From the NCBI GenBank assembly GCA_902566955.1, contig CACFKX010000003.1, positions 485 to 64,484 of the forward strand: a DNA stretch of 64,000 nt, given 5' to 3'. Made by a program: the position numbers and the translations under genes. The DNA is from an uncultured SAR86 cluster bacterium. GTDB taxonomy: Bacteria; Pseudomonadota; Gammaproteobacteria; Magnimaribacterales; AG-339-G14. Below, piece by piece: positions 48,167-57,377 of the stretch (position 1 is the stretch's first letter; every line of letters starts with the position of its first letter). The notes beneath the pieces are model-generated. The model had not been told where the DNA came from. It did not search any database and saw only the letters and a list, made by a program, of their open reading frames with translations.

Positions 48167-49456
48167 ATGGATTTAAAAGAATTAGCAAGTAAAGCGATCA
48201 AGGGAGAATTAGACTTAACTTTCGAACATCATCCTGTGCATTCTTTTGTCGATGGCTCCACAGAAATCCAAGATAATCTTTTAGCTTTTAAAGGGATAGC
48301 TGGTTTCTTTGTTCTAGATACAGGTTCCGGTCTAGTCATGCTTGATGCAGGCCATATTATTGATATTGAACGAGCTTATGAAGAAATTAGAAAATGGCGA
48401 CCTAATGAACCTCTAGTCGCAGCCATATTTACTCATCATCATGTAGATCATATCTTTGCCGTTGAAAAATTTGATGAGGAGGCTTTTTCTGATGGAAACG
48501 ATAGACCAACGGTGTATGCAAACAAATTAATGCCAGAACATTTTGATAGATACTCAAAAACACTTGGTTGGAACACGGCAATTAACAGACGACAGTTTGC
48601 GATTAATGTTCCGCATTTTACCTGGCCAGAAAAATACCGATATCCAGATGTATTGGTAGAAAGTAAAACAAGTTTTACAGTTGGCGATACAGAATTTTTG
48701 CTTAATCCTGCCAGAGGTGAAACTGATGATCATTTATGGGCTTTTATTCCAAAAGAAAAAATATTACTGCCTGGTGATCTATTTATATGGGCTGTACCAA
48801 ACGGAGGTAATCCACAAAAAGTGCAAAGATATATTTCTGATTGGGCTGATGCTCTAAGAGAAATGAGTGAACTAGAAGCTGAGATAATGCTTCCAGGCCA
48901 CGGTTATCCGATGTTTGGCAAAGAAAATATCAAGCAGGCATTAAAGTCTACTGCAGAATTTCTTGATGACATAGAGAATCAAGTCATAAAACTAATGAAT
49001 CAGGGTAAAACTTTAAATTTTATTATTCATAAAGTTGAGTTTAAAAAAAATCTAATGGAGTTACCCTGGTTGAAACCAGTTTATGACGACCCAGAATTTT
49101 TAATTAGAATGATTTGGCGTCGTTATGGAGGTTGGTGGGAAGGTGAATATGATAGATTATTTCCAGCTAAAAGGTCTGTTGAAGCATCTTTATGGATTGA
49201 CCTTGTTGGTTCACTTGATGTTGTGATCACAAAAGCAATCGAATTGAGCAACCAAAACGAACATAGGTTAGCAGCACACTTAATTGAAACTGCATTTTAC
49301 TCTGACCCAAGCAATAGCAGAGTACACGAAGCAAGAGATACTATTTATGCTAATTTTTCAAAAGAACAGACTTCTTCGATGGGAAGAAACATATTGAACC
49401 ATGCATCTTTAGCAAGCAAAGAAGGTTTAAGAGACTTAGCAGAACAGAAGGACTAA
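48167..49456 (+). CDS. MBL-fold alkyl/aryl-sulfatase-like hydrolase (SdsA1/BDS1 family, no SCP2 tail)
   Basis: 429 aa. THHHVDHIF zinc motif, GETDDHLW, and a C-terminal RRYGGWWEG... region resembling the alkyl-sulfatase dimerisation domain. Confidence 0.75.
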   Translation: MDLKELASKAIKGELDLTFEHHPVHSFVDGSTEIQDNLLAFKGIAGFFVLDTGSGLVMLDAGHIIDIERAYEEIRKWRPNEPLVAAIFTHHHVDHIFAVEKFDEEAFSDGNDRPTVYANKLMPEHFDRYSKTLGWNTAINRRQFAINVPHFTWPEKYRYPDVLVESKTSFTVGDTEFLLNPARGETDDHLWAFIPKEKILLPGDLFIWAVPNGGNPQKVQRYISDWADALREMSELEAEIMLPGHGYPMFGKENIKQALKSTAEFLDDIENQVIKLMNQGKTLNFIIHKVEFKKNLMELPWLKPVYDDPEFLIRMIWRRYGGWWEGEYDRLFPAKRSVEASLWIDLVGSLDVVITKAIELSNQNEHRLAAHLIETAFYSDPSNSRVHEARDTIYANFSKEQTSSMGRNILNHASLASKEGLRDLAEQKD

Positions 49457-49619
49457 TTTGACCCTAAATCAATCGTTTCTTTCATGACTATGATTGGTAT
49501 ATCGTTTTTTATAGGGAAAGCGATATTACCTTTTCGGCATATCAGCTTATTTTCTTCAAATAAAGTTCCCCTTTGCATCTAGGACATACGAGAATGTCGA
49601 GTAGTTTTTTCGATACCAT
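49453..49619 (-). pseudogene. ycaR: Trm112/YcaR (UPF0434) zinc-ribbon gene interrupted by a frameshift
   Basis: Hand translation gives MVSKKLLDILVCPRCKGELYLKK, then a stop. The adjacent frame continues KLICRKGNIAFPIKNDIPIIVMKETIDLGSN*. Both halves align with E. coli YcaR (LLEIIACPVCNGKL...[21 protein letters not shown]). The break is at an A-run near 49548-49556. Confidence 0.75.
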
Positions 49620-49700
49620 ATAAATTAAAGCTTTATTTTCTCTTAAAATAAGTTAGATTAATAACTAATATAAGTAACCCTTAATTTTGGAGAAAGATTA

Positions 49701-50105
49701 ATGAAATTATATAAGATTTTAATCGTTGGTATTCTTACTTTTATCTCGTTCAATACTTTAGCTCAGCAAAATTCAACAGTGCCTGCTGAAATATGGATGT
49801 GTGAATTAAATCAAGGATATTCAATGGATGATGTAAGAAAAGTTTCAAGTGATGTTCAAAAATTTGCAAAGCAGAACGATATGAAAAGCGGTCAGTGGAT
49901 TTTTACTACCTTCATGGGTGATATGAATCCTAATGGATTTGCATTAATGACAGCTTGGACTGATTTCTCAACGATGGGAAATGGATTCCAAGATTTTTTT
50001 CTTGGAGGTGAAGGAGATAAAATCTTTTCACAATGGCTAAAAGTAGCTACTTGCAGCGAGAGAAATCTTGTCCTTGTAGAAAATACTTTTAATTCAATGA
50101 ACTAA
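49701..50105 (+). CDS. secreted hypothetical protein, single Cys-pair domain
   Basis: 134 aa. Signal peptide (..NTLAQQ), GGAGA RBS. One roughly 110-aa domain with a Cys near each end. Confidence 0.7.
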   Translation: MKLYKILIVGILTFISFNTLAQQNSTVPAEIWMCELNQGYSMDDVRKVSSDVQKFAKQNDMKSGQWIFTTFMGDMNPNGFALMTAWTDFSTMGNGFQDFFLGGEGDKIFSQWLKVATCSERNLVLVENTFNSMN

Positions 50106-50125
50106 AAATAAATAGGAGATTTATT

Positions 50126-50896
50126 ATGAAAAAAATATTACTAATTGTAGCCTTATTAGGTTCGGGCTATGCCTTTTCACAAAGCATGCCTCCCACTTTT
50201 CCAGTTGAAATGTACTACGGCTGTACTTATGAGAAAGGTAAAGACATAGAAGATATGATGGAAGTGGGTGAAGAATGGAGGGAATGGCAAGAAGAAAATG
50301 ATCCCGTTGGTCGTGAAAATTATAATGCTTGGATATTTACTGCCGACTTTGCCGGTGCTTCTTTGCATGGAAAGTCAATGTGGTTTGGTGTTGCTAATAA
50401 TTGGGAAAACTTTACTAAATCGCATTTTAACTGGGTAAGAAATGGCGCTGACATGTCAAAAAAATTCGAAAAAGTTATGGGTCCTTCTAACTGCATGGGT
50501 CATTTAATGGGAGTTATGTTCCCTACAAAACAGGCTGAAGGATGGGAACCTATTGATGTGAGACCCGTTTTCACATCTCTGTGTACTGCTAAAGAAAATA
50601 CCTCTTTGATGGATTTTAATTCAGCTTATTCAAAAATGAATGCGTTTTTAGATGCTGGAGGTATGTCCAACAAAGTTGCAATGTTCAATATTTTTCCAGT
50701 AGCTGGTCAAACTACAGATTATGATTTTGCGACAATGATGGTTCTTAGAGATGATGATGCGCTTGGGGAGCTTGCAACTTTAATGTCAACTGGTGGGGCT
50801 GCAATGCAAAGTTCATTATTTGAACCTCTGCAAGAGTGTTCTCAAAATTCCATGATGCTATCCTCTCCTCTTCCAGGAAATACAAGTTTCAATTAA
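50126..50896 (+). CDS. secreted hypothetical protein, two tandem Cys-pair domains
   Basis: 256 aa. Signal peptide (..YAFSQS), AGGAGA RBS. Two roughly 110-aa repeats of the same pattern as the upstream gene. Confidence 0.7.
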   Translation: MKKILLIVALLGSGYAFSQSMPPTFPVEMYYGCTYEKGKDIEDMMEVGEEWREWQEENDPVGRENYNAWIFTADFAGASLHGKSMWFGVANNWENFTKSHFNWVRNGADMSKKFEKVMGPSNCMGHLMGVMFPTKQAEGWEPIDVRPVFTSLCTAKENTSLMDFNSAYSKMNAFLDAGGMSNKVAMFNIFPVAGQTTDYDFATMMVLRDDDALGELATLMSTGGAAMQSSLFEPLQECSQNSMMLSSPLPGNTSFN

Positions 50897-50908
50897 TAAT
50901 TGTTGATC

Positions 50909-50940
50909 AAAAAAAGGAGCTCTAAGAGCTCCTTTTTTTT
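50909..50940. terminator. bidirectional rho-independent terminator
   Basis: AAAAAAAGGAGCTCTAAGAGCTCCTTTTTTTT between convergent genes. The T-run overlaps the gltX stop codon. Confidence 0.8.
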
Positions 50941-52300
50941 ATTCAAGATAATCTTCAATTCTTTTCTTCGACTCTTCGTTTCCTAAAAGATAAATCAATT
51001 CACCTATCCCTGGAGCATTAGTTCTCCCAGTTAGAGCATATCTCAAAGGTTTACCTAACTGAGGAAACTTAAGATCATTTGCACTTACATAACCATTTAA
51101 CCTTTGACTAATGGAGTCTAAGTTGTCTTCTTTTGAAAAATCAAAGCTATTCAAGAAGTCTTTAATTATTTTTTTATTATCTTCGCTGGTTAATGAATTC
51201 GAATTATCAATATTGGGTGTTGTAAGAAACATCTCTATGTTTTCATTCATTTCTCTCAAGCTTTTTGCTCCAACTTTTAAAACATCGATTATGCTGTGAA
51301 TATTTTTAACCTTTTCATCAATGTTACTTCCAATTTCGATTAATAGGTTCAGCAGAGAAGAGCTGTCAGATTTTTTAATGTATTCATTGTTATACCAATC
51401 TAATAGTTGCAACGAAAATTTTGATGGCGAAGAGTTAACATCTGATAAATCAAAAAAATCTATAAGCTCTTTCATAGTGAACTTTTCTATTTCATCTTTT
51501 GCCCAACCTAATCTGACAATATAATTCAATAATGCTTGGCTTAAATATCCCTCGGATTTATAGTCCATAATGTCCAATGCACCATCTCTTTTTGATAACC
51601 TCTTTCCTGATTCAGATAAAACCATAGGGAGATGGGCATAACTTGGAATAGTTCCATCAAGAGACTTAATAATATTAAGTTGCTTAATAGTATTAGTTAA
51701 ATGATCGTCCCCTCGAATAACCGTTGTAATTTTCATATCCAAATCATCAACTGCTGCACAAAAATTGTAAGTAGGAGTTCCATCTGCTCTAAGAATAATA
51801 AAATCATCTAGTTCTTTGTTCTCTACGGTTATGTCGCCTAGTATTAAATCTTTGAATGAGGTTGAAGTGTCAGGCATTTTATATCGTAGAACATTTTTTC
51901 CTTCGTATTCTAATTTTTTCTCTCTACTTCTACCGTCATACATAGGTTTTTGTTTGTTCTTCATCTGAGTAGCACGAAGTTGTTCTAACTCTTCTACAGA
52001 GCAATCACAATAATAAGCTGCACCTTTCTCAAATAGAGATAAAGCTAAAGATTTGTGTCTGTCTATGTTTCTGGACTGATGCACAGGCTCTTCGTCTGGA
52101 TTTAGATTGAGCCATTCTAAAGATTTTATGATTGAATCTTTATATACCTCATTAGATCTTTCGATATCAGTGTCTTCAAATCTAAGAAGGAATTTACCGC
52201 CTTTAGATCTTGCAAATAGCCAAGAAAATAAGGCAGTCCTAGCACCGCCAATATGCAAATGACCTGTTGGGCTCGGTGCAAATCTAGTTCTTTCTGTCAT
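50939..52300 (-). CDS. gltX: glutamate--tRNA ligase
   Basis: 453 aa. RFAPSPTGHLHIGGARTALF (HIGH) and KLSKR (KMSKS). Confidence 0.95.
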   Translation of the reverse strand: MTERTRFAPSPTGHLHIGGARTALFSWLFARSKGGKFLLRFEDTDIERSNEVYKDSIIKSLEWLNLNPDEEPVHQSRNIDRHKSLALSLFEKGAAYYCDCSVEELEQLRATQMKNKQKPMYDGRSREKKLEYEGKNVLRYKMPDTSTSFKDLILGDITVENKELDDFIILRADGTPTYNFCAAVDDLDMKITTVIRGDDHLTNTIKQLNIIKSLDGTIPSYAHLPMVLSESGKRLSKRDGALDIMDYKSEGYLSQALLNYIVRLGWAKDEIEKFTMKELIDFFDLSDVNSSPSKFSLQLLDWYNNEYIKKSDSSSLLNLLIEIGSNIDEKVKNIHSIIDVLKVGAKSLREMNENIEMFLTTPNIDNSNSLTSEDNKKIIKDFLNSFDFSKEDNLDSISQRLNGYVSANDLKFPQLGKPLRYALTGRTNAPGIGELIYLLGNEESKKRIEDYLE

Positions 52301-52959
52301 TCTCTAATGGATTTTAAGTAATTTAGATGTTGTATTGATTCTTCCTTAGAAACGCTGACCTTGAAAAAATTCTTTTCTTTGGATTTGCTTATCGATTGAC
52401 CTGGTTGAGAACTTTCTTGGCTAAAACCAATAGTTGTCTGACCTCCGGTCATGGACAAGTAAACCTCTGCAAGGATTTTTGAATCTAATAATGCTCCGTG
52501 ATAGTTTCTATCGTAGCCTTGTATTTGATATCTATCCACCAGAGCATCTAAGCTATTTCTCTGGCCTGGATGCATGGCTCTGGCTAATTGAAGAGTATCA
52601 ACGACATTTGATGAAACCATTTCAATTGTTGGATAGTCAGATTGTAAAATATTTATTTCATTATTAAGAAAGCCTAAATCAAATTCTGCATTATGCATAA
52701 GTACTTCTGCATCCTCTAAAAAAGTTAGCAGATCTTCTGCTATGTCCGAAAAAAAGGGTTTGTCTGATAAAAACTCTTTAGAAAGCCCATGAACTGCTAC
52801 TGCTCCAGGATCTATATCTCTTTCTGGATTTAAGTAAAAATGTAATTCTTTACCCGTAAATTTCCTATCTATGATTTCAGTGCAGCCAATTTCAATCACT
52901 CTATGCCCATTGGAAACATCTAGTCCTGTTGTTTCTGTATCTAAAGTTATCTGTCTCAT
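52297..52959 (-). CDS. dnaQ: DNA polymerase III epsilon subunit (3'-5' exonuclease)
   Basis: 220 aa. ExoI LDTETTG, ExoII HNAEFD, Exo[17 protein letters not shown]. Confidence 0.9.
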   Translation of the reverse strand: MRQITLDTETTGLDVSNGHRVIEIGCTEIIDRKFTGKELHFYLNPERDIDPGAVAVHGLSKEFLSDKPFFSDIAEDLLTFLEDAEVLMHNAEFDLGFLNNEINILQSDYPTIEMVSSNVVDTLQLARAMHPGQRNSLDALVDRYQIQGYDRNYHGALLDSKILAEVYLSMTGGQTTIGFSQESSQPGQSISKSKEKNFFKVSVSKEESIQHLNYLKSIRE

Positions 52960-53384
52960 TTAAGTAATATGCCTTTGTTCGCTAAAAAATCTGCTCTCTC
53001 GTTTTCAGGATGTCCACTATGCGCTTTAACCCAACTCCAATTTACTTTTAGAGTATCTGATAGATCATCCAATCTTTTCCAAAGATCAGAGTTTTTGACA
53101 TTTTTTTTTGAAGCTGTCTTCCAATTATTTAACTTCCAATTTTTGATCCAATTAGTTATACCCTGTTGAAGGTACATAGAATCAGTATAAATGGTTACAT
53201 CTGTTTTTCCTGTAACCGCTTCTAAAGCTTTTATAGCAGCAAGAAGTTCCATTCTATTATTTGTAGTATTTTCTTCATAGCCAAAGATCTCTTCTTCGAT
53301 ATCTGGATAAATAATTAAAGCTCCCCAACCGCCATCTCCTGGGTTACCTTTGCAAGCTCCGTCTGTATAAATTTTGATACTCAA
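52956..53384 (-). CDS. rnhA: ribonuclease HI
   Basis: 142 aa. [26 protein letters not shown], and a C-terminal H..NERAD. Apparent TTG start. Confidence 0.9.
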   Translation of the reverse strand: MSIKIYTDGACKGNPGDGGWGALIIYPDIEEEIFGYEENTTNNRMELLAAIKALEAVTGKTDVTIYTDSMYLQQGITNWIKNWKLNNWKTASKKNVKNSDLWKRLDDLSDTLKVNWSWVKAHSGHPENERADFLANKGILLK

Positions 53385-53434
53385 TTCAAATCTAGATAAA
53401 AAATTTTGATTACAAATGGTAAAATCATACTTCT

Positions 53435-54196
53435 ATGAATATCTTACCTCTGCCAGCTTTTACTGATAATTATATATGGCTTATTGAAGAAAATGGAAAA
53501 GCTACTGTAGTTGATCCAGGAGATGCAAAAGTTGTTAATAGTTATTTAAAAGAAAATGGCTTAAAACTAGAGAATATACTAATAACTCATCATCACTATG
53601 ATCATACTGGTGGGGTCGAGCAATTAAAAGAATCATATGAATGCAATGTTTATGGGCCTTATGACTCACCTTTTAAAGGAGTGGAAATAAAATTAAAAGA
53701 AAACGATGAAATTATAATCCATGGCTGTTCCTTTAGGATTATAGAGGTTCCTGGTCACACCCTAGATCACATCGCATACTATTCAAAAGAACAAGCTGTA
53801 TTGTTTTGTGGTGATACTTTATTTTCAGGTGGTTGTGGAAGAATTTTTGAGGGAACTCCAAGTCAAATGTTCGAATCTTTGTCTAAACTTTCTATTCTAG
53901 ATCTAACCACTAAAATCTATTGCACCCATGAATATACCCAAAGTAATTTAAATTTTGCAGTTAAGGTTGAGCCTTATAATAATAATCTCGTTGAATATAA
54001 AAACAAAATAGATGAAAAAAGATTAAAAAATGAGATTTCTCTTCCAACAAATTTAAAGTTAGAAAAGGATATAAATCCATTTTTAAGATCTCATGTATTA
54101 GAGATTAAAGAGAATGTAAAAGATTTTGCTAACATTAATTATCCTACTGATTTAGAAACTTTTACGGCTGTAAGATCACTAAAAGATAATAGTTAA
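53435..54196 (+). CDS. gloB: hydroxyacylglutathione hydrolase (glyoxalase II)
   Basis: 253 aa. LPAFTDNYIWL, THHHYDHTGG, PGHTLDH, CTHEYT. Confidence 0.92.
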   Translation: MNILPLPAFTDNYIWLIEENGKATVVDPGDAKVVNSYLKENGLKLENILITHHHYDHTGGVEQLKESYECNVYGPYDSPFKGVEIKLKENDEIIIHGCSFRIIEVPGHTLDHIAYYSKEQAVLFCGDTLFSGGCGRIFEGTPSQMFESLSKLSILDLTTKIYCTHEYTQSNLNFAVKVEPYNNNLVEYKNKIDEKRLKNEISLPTNLKLEKDINPFLRSHVLEIKENVKDFANINYPTDLETFTAVRSLKDNS

Positions 54197-54202
54197 ATTG
54201 AA

Positions 54203-55606
54203 ATGAAGAAATATATAATCTATATATTCGTATCCTTCTTTATTATACCCATTCATAGCCAAGAAGATTTGTGGGATGTCATAAGGGAAAATTCAAATTT
54301 CCAATATTCTGCAGATAGATCTGAAATTCAAAAAGCTTTAAAAATTTATCAAAATAATCAGTATCTTGTTGATAGACTTTCAAAAAATGGCCAAAGGTAT
54401 CTTTATCATATGGTTGATGAAACCTTGAAAAGAGATATGCCGGTTGAGCTAGCTCTTCTGCCCTTTGTGGAAAGCCAATTTGATCCCTACGCTCAATCTC
54501 CTGCAGGAGCATCAGGAATTTGGCAATTTATTCTTAGCACTGCCAGAGAGCAAGGTTTAAAAAGAAATTGGTGGTACGACGGTAGACGAGACATTATTGC
54601 CTCAACTAATTCAGCTCTTAATTATCTCGATTCAATGCACAGAAAAACTAATGATTGGATGCTTGCTATTGCATCATTTAATGTTGGTCCAGCAAGAATC
54701 CAAAGAGAGGTTAAAAAAAATAAAAATCAAGGAAAACAAACTGATTTTTGGTCTTTAAAGCTCCCAAAAGAGACTAGTAAATATCTGCCCAGGTTGCTAG
54801 CTTTACTTGAAGTTATAAAAAATCCAGAAGACTATAATGTTGATTTTCCTTTTTTGCCTAATCGGCCTTACTTTCGGGTGATAGACATACCATCTCAGGT
54901 AGATTTAATGCAAGTAGCTAATATTTCTGGTCTCAGTATTGAAGCAGTGTATGAGCTTAATCCTGGATTCAATCAATGGGCAACTGATCCAAACGGACCT
55001 TTCTATTTATTACTGCCTATTGGTATTGCAGATCGTTTTGAAATAAAGCTAAATTCTATGAGTGAAGAGGAGCTAGTAAAATGGGATAAATATGTTGTAA
55101 AGAAAGGAGATACATTAACGTCAATATCAAAAAAATATATGATTTCACAAGCTCTTTTAAAAGAGATTAATAATCTTGATGATGATTTAATTTTTGAAAA
55201 TGAAGAGTTAACCGTTCCTAGGGGGCCTGAATGGTTAAAAGATTATCTTAACAAGCCAGATATCTATTTCGTTTCAAAAGGAGATACTCTGTGGTCCATA
55301 GCTAAAAAATATGGTGTTCAAGTATCAGATTTAATCGTTTGGAATGACTTGTCTACAGAGAGATTCCTTCAGATAAATCAGCAAATAAACATTTATCCTA
55401 AATACTTTGTTCCCAAAAAGAAGAAAAAAGTTAATTTAAATGATCTCACTTATCCGGTTAAAAGAGGCGATACTATTTCTAAAATTGCGAAAAAATTTGG
55501 AGTAACCGGTGACATGATAGTCCAATGGAATGAATTAAAAAATCCAGAGATAATCTATCCTGGACAAGTTTTAGACATAAAATTTTCTGATTTAAAATTT
55601 AACTAA
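54203..55606 (+). CDS. mltD: membrane-bound lytic murein transglycosylase D (SLT domain plus 3 LysM)
   Basis: 467 aa. VESQFDPYAQSPAGASGIWQF catalytic region. Three LysM repeats (YVVKKGDTLTSISKKY, YFVSKGDTLWSIAKKYG, YPVKRGDTISKIAKKFG). Confidence 0.9.
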   Translation: MKKYIIYIFVSFFIIPIHSQEDLWDVIRENSNFQYSADRSEIQKALKIYQNNQYLVDRLSKNGQRYLYHMVDETLKRDMPVELALLPFVESQFDPYAQSPAGASGIWQFILSTAREQGLKRNWWYDGRRDIIASTNSALNYLDSMHRKTNDWMLAIASFNVGPARIQREVKKNKNQGKQTDFWSLKLPKETSKYLPRLLALLEVIKNPEDYNVDFPFLPNRPYFRVIDIPSQVDLMQVANISGLSIEAVYELNPGFNQWATDPNGPFYLLLPIGIADRFEIKLNSMSEEELVKWDKYVVKKGDTLTSISKKYMISQALLKEINNLDDDLIFENEELTVPRGPEWLKDYLNKPDIYFVSKGDTLWSIAKKYGVQVSDLIVWNDLSTERFLQINQQINIYPKYFVPKKKKKVNLNDLTYPVKRGDTISKIAKKFGVTGDMIVQWNELKNPEIIYPGQVLDIKFSDLKFN

Positions 55607-56442
55607 CTAAGTTGTTGGGTTTTTCTAGGATCTAGGTAATCACGAAGGCCATCGCCAAGGAAGTTAAGCGAGAATAAAGTTAGAGAAAAAACTATAGATG
55701 GGAATATTAAAAGCCACCAATATTCCTCCATTGTAATAGCCCCTTCCCTAATCAATATTCCCCACGAGCTTTCAGGTGGTTGAACGCCCAGACCCAAAAA
55801 ACTCAGAAAAGCTTCTAATAGCATAAACTGAGGTATTAAAAGAGTTGAATAAACAATGACTGAACTTAGTACATTCGGAATGATATGTTTGAATAAAATT
55901 CTTAAGTTGCTGGCTCCCATACTTTGTGCTGCTAAGACATAGTCCTGACGTCTTAACCCTAGAACTTGTACTCTTACAATCCTTGCCATAGATAACCAGC
56001 CGAAAGCACCTATTGCTAAAAACAATAAAGTCATGCTTCTCCCAATTATTACTAATATTAAAATTAGAAAAATAACAAAGGGCAATCCATCAAGAATATC
56101 AACTATTCTCATCATAATAGAATCAGCTCTGCCTCCTAAATATCCAGCTATGGATCCCCAAAGAACGCCTATGGTAAGAGCTACTAAAGTCGCAAGAAAA
56201 CCAACTAATAGAGAAACTCTGCTTCCGTAGAGCATCCTAGTAAAAAGATCTCTGCCTAGTACGTCAGTTCCTAACATATATTCTGATGAAGGAGGTGCTG
56301 CACCTAAAAGAAGGTTTTGTTCTGAATAACTGTAAGGAGTTATAAATGGAGTAACCATTGCCAGAAAAACTAATCCAAAAATGAAAAAGGAACTAAAAAA
56401 GGCTAACTTATGATTTTTATAAAAATTAGCTAAGAAAATCAT
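55603..56442 (-). CDS. peptide ABC transporter permease (OppC/DppC-like)
   Basis: 279 aa, 6 TM spans, EAA-loop region (AAQSMGASNLRILFKHIIPN). Confidence 0.88.
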   Translation of the reverse strand: MIFLANFYKNHKLAFFSSFFIFGLVFLAMVTPFITPYSYSEQNLLLGAAPPSSEYMLGTDVLGRDLFTRMLYGSRVSLLVGFLATLVALTIGVLWGSIAGYLGGRADSIMMRIVDILDGLPFVIFLILILVIIGRSMTLLFLAIGAFGWLSMARIVRVQVLGLRRQDYVLAAQSMGASNLRILFKHIIPNVLSSVIVYSTLLIPQFMLLEAFLSFLGLGVQPPESSWGILIREGAITMEEYWWLLIFPSIVFSLTLFSLNFLGDGLRDYLDPRKTQQLS

Positions 56443-56444
56443 AA

Positions 56445-57377
56445 TCAGTTCATTCCTCCTTTTTCTCTCAACCTTGGATTGAGGTAAGTAGCTAAAATAT
56501 CTGAAAGTAATACAAATGTTAGTGTAAAAAAGGTTATCAAAATTGAGATGCCTAAAATTAAAGTATAATCTCTGTTGAAAGCGGCTTGGACATAATATCT
56601 ACCAATGCCATTAATTTGAAAAATAGTTTCAACAACAAAAGAGCCAGCAAAAAGTCCTGCAATAGCAGGCCCAAGAAAACCAATAGTTGGCATAATTCCA
56701 CCTCTCAAGGCATGAAAGAAGACAACTCTTGTTTCGTTTAGTCCTTTTGCACGTGCAGTTCTGATAAAATCTTGAGCAAGAATCTCTAGCATTCCGCCTC
56801 TCGTAAGCCTGGCAAAAATAGCTGCATACGCTGAGCCTAAAGTTATTGTAGGTAAAATTTTGTCACCAGAAAATTCACCCCATCCACTTACCGGAAGAAT
56901 TTCTAACCAAATTCCAAAGATTAAAATTAAAATTGGCCCTAAGATAATTGAAGGAACACATATACCTATCATTGAAACGCTCATAGGAAAATGATCAAGA
57001 AATTTACCAGGGTTTAGTGAAGCAATAATCCCGGAAAGTATTCCTAATAATAATGCAAAAAGAACTGAGTAGAATGCAAGTTCTGCAGTTATAGGTAATC
57101 CTGATGCTATTAATTCTGAAACAGTTCTTCCAGGATACTTGTATGAAGGACCAAAATCACCCTGTAGAGCATTTAAAAGATAATTGCCTAGTTGTTTTAT
57201 TAATGGATCGTTTAAATTGTAGGTTTCGTTTAATTGTTTAAGAATCTCTGGGGATGCAACTCTATCATCATCAAATGGCCCTCCTGGAGCAGCATGAACC
57301 ATAAAAAATGTTGCTGAGATGACAACCAACATCACTGGCACGTAGGTAAGAATTCTTTTAAGGATGAAAAAAGTCAA
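56445..57377 (-). CDS. peptide ABC transporter permease (OppB/DppB-like)
   Basis: 310 aa. N-terminal ILKRIL, EAA loop (TARAKGLNETRVVFFHALR). Confidence 0.88.
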   Translation of the reverse strand: MTFFILKRILTYVPVMLVVISATFFMVHAAPGGPFDDDRVASPEILKQLNETYNLNDPLIKQLGNYLLNALQGDFGPSYKYPGRTVSELIASGLPITAELAFYSVLFALLLGILSGIIASLNPGKFLDHFPMSVSMIGICVPSIILGPILILIFGIWLEILPVSGWGEFSGDKILPTITLGSAYAAIFARLTRGGMLEILAQDFIRTARAKGLNETRVVFFHALRGGIMPTIGFLGPAIAGLFAGSFVVETIFQINGIGRYYVQAAFNRDYTLILGISILITFFTLTFVLLSDILATYLNPRLREKGGMN

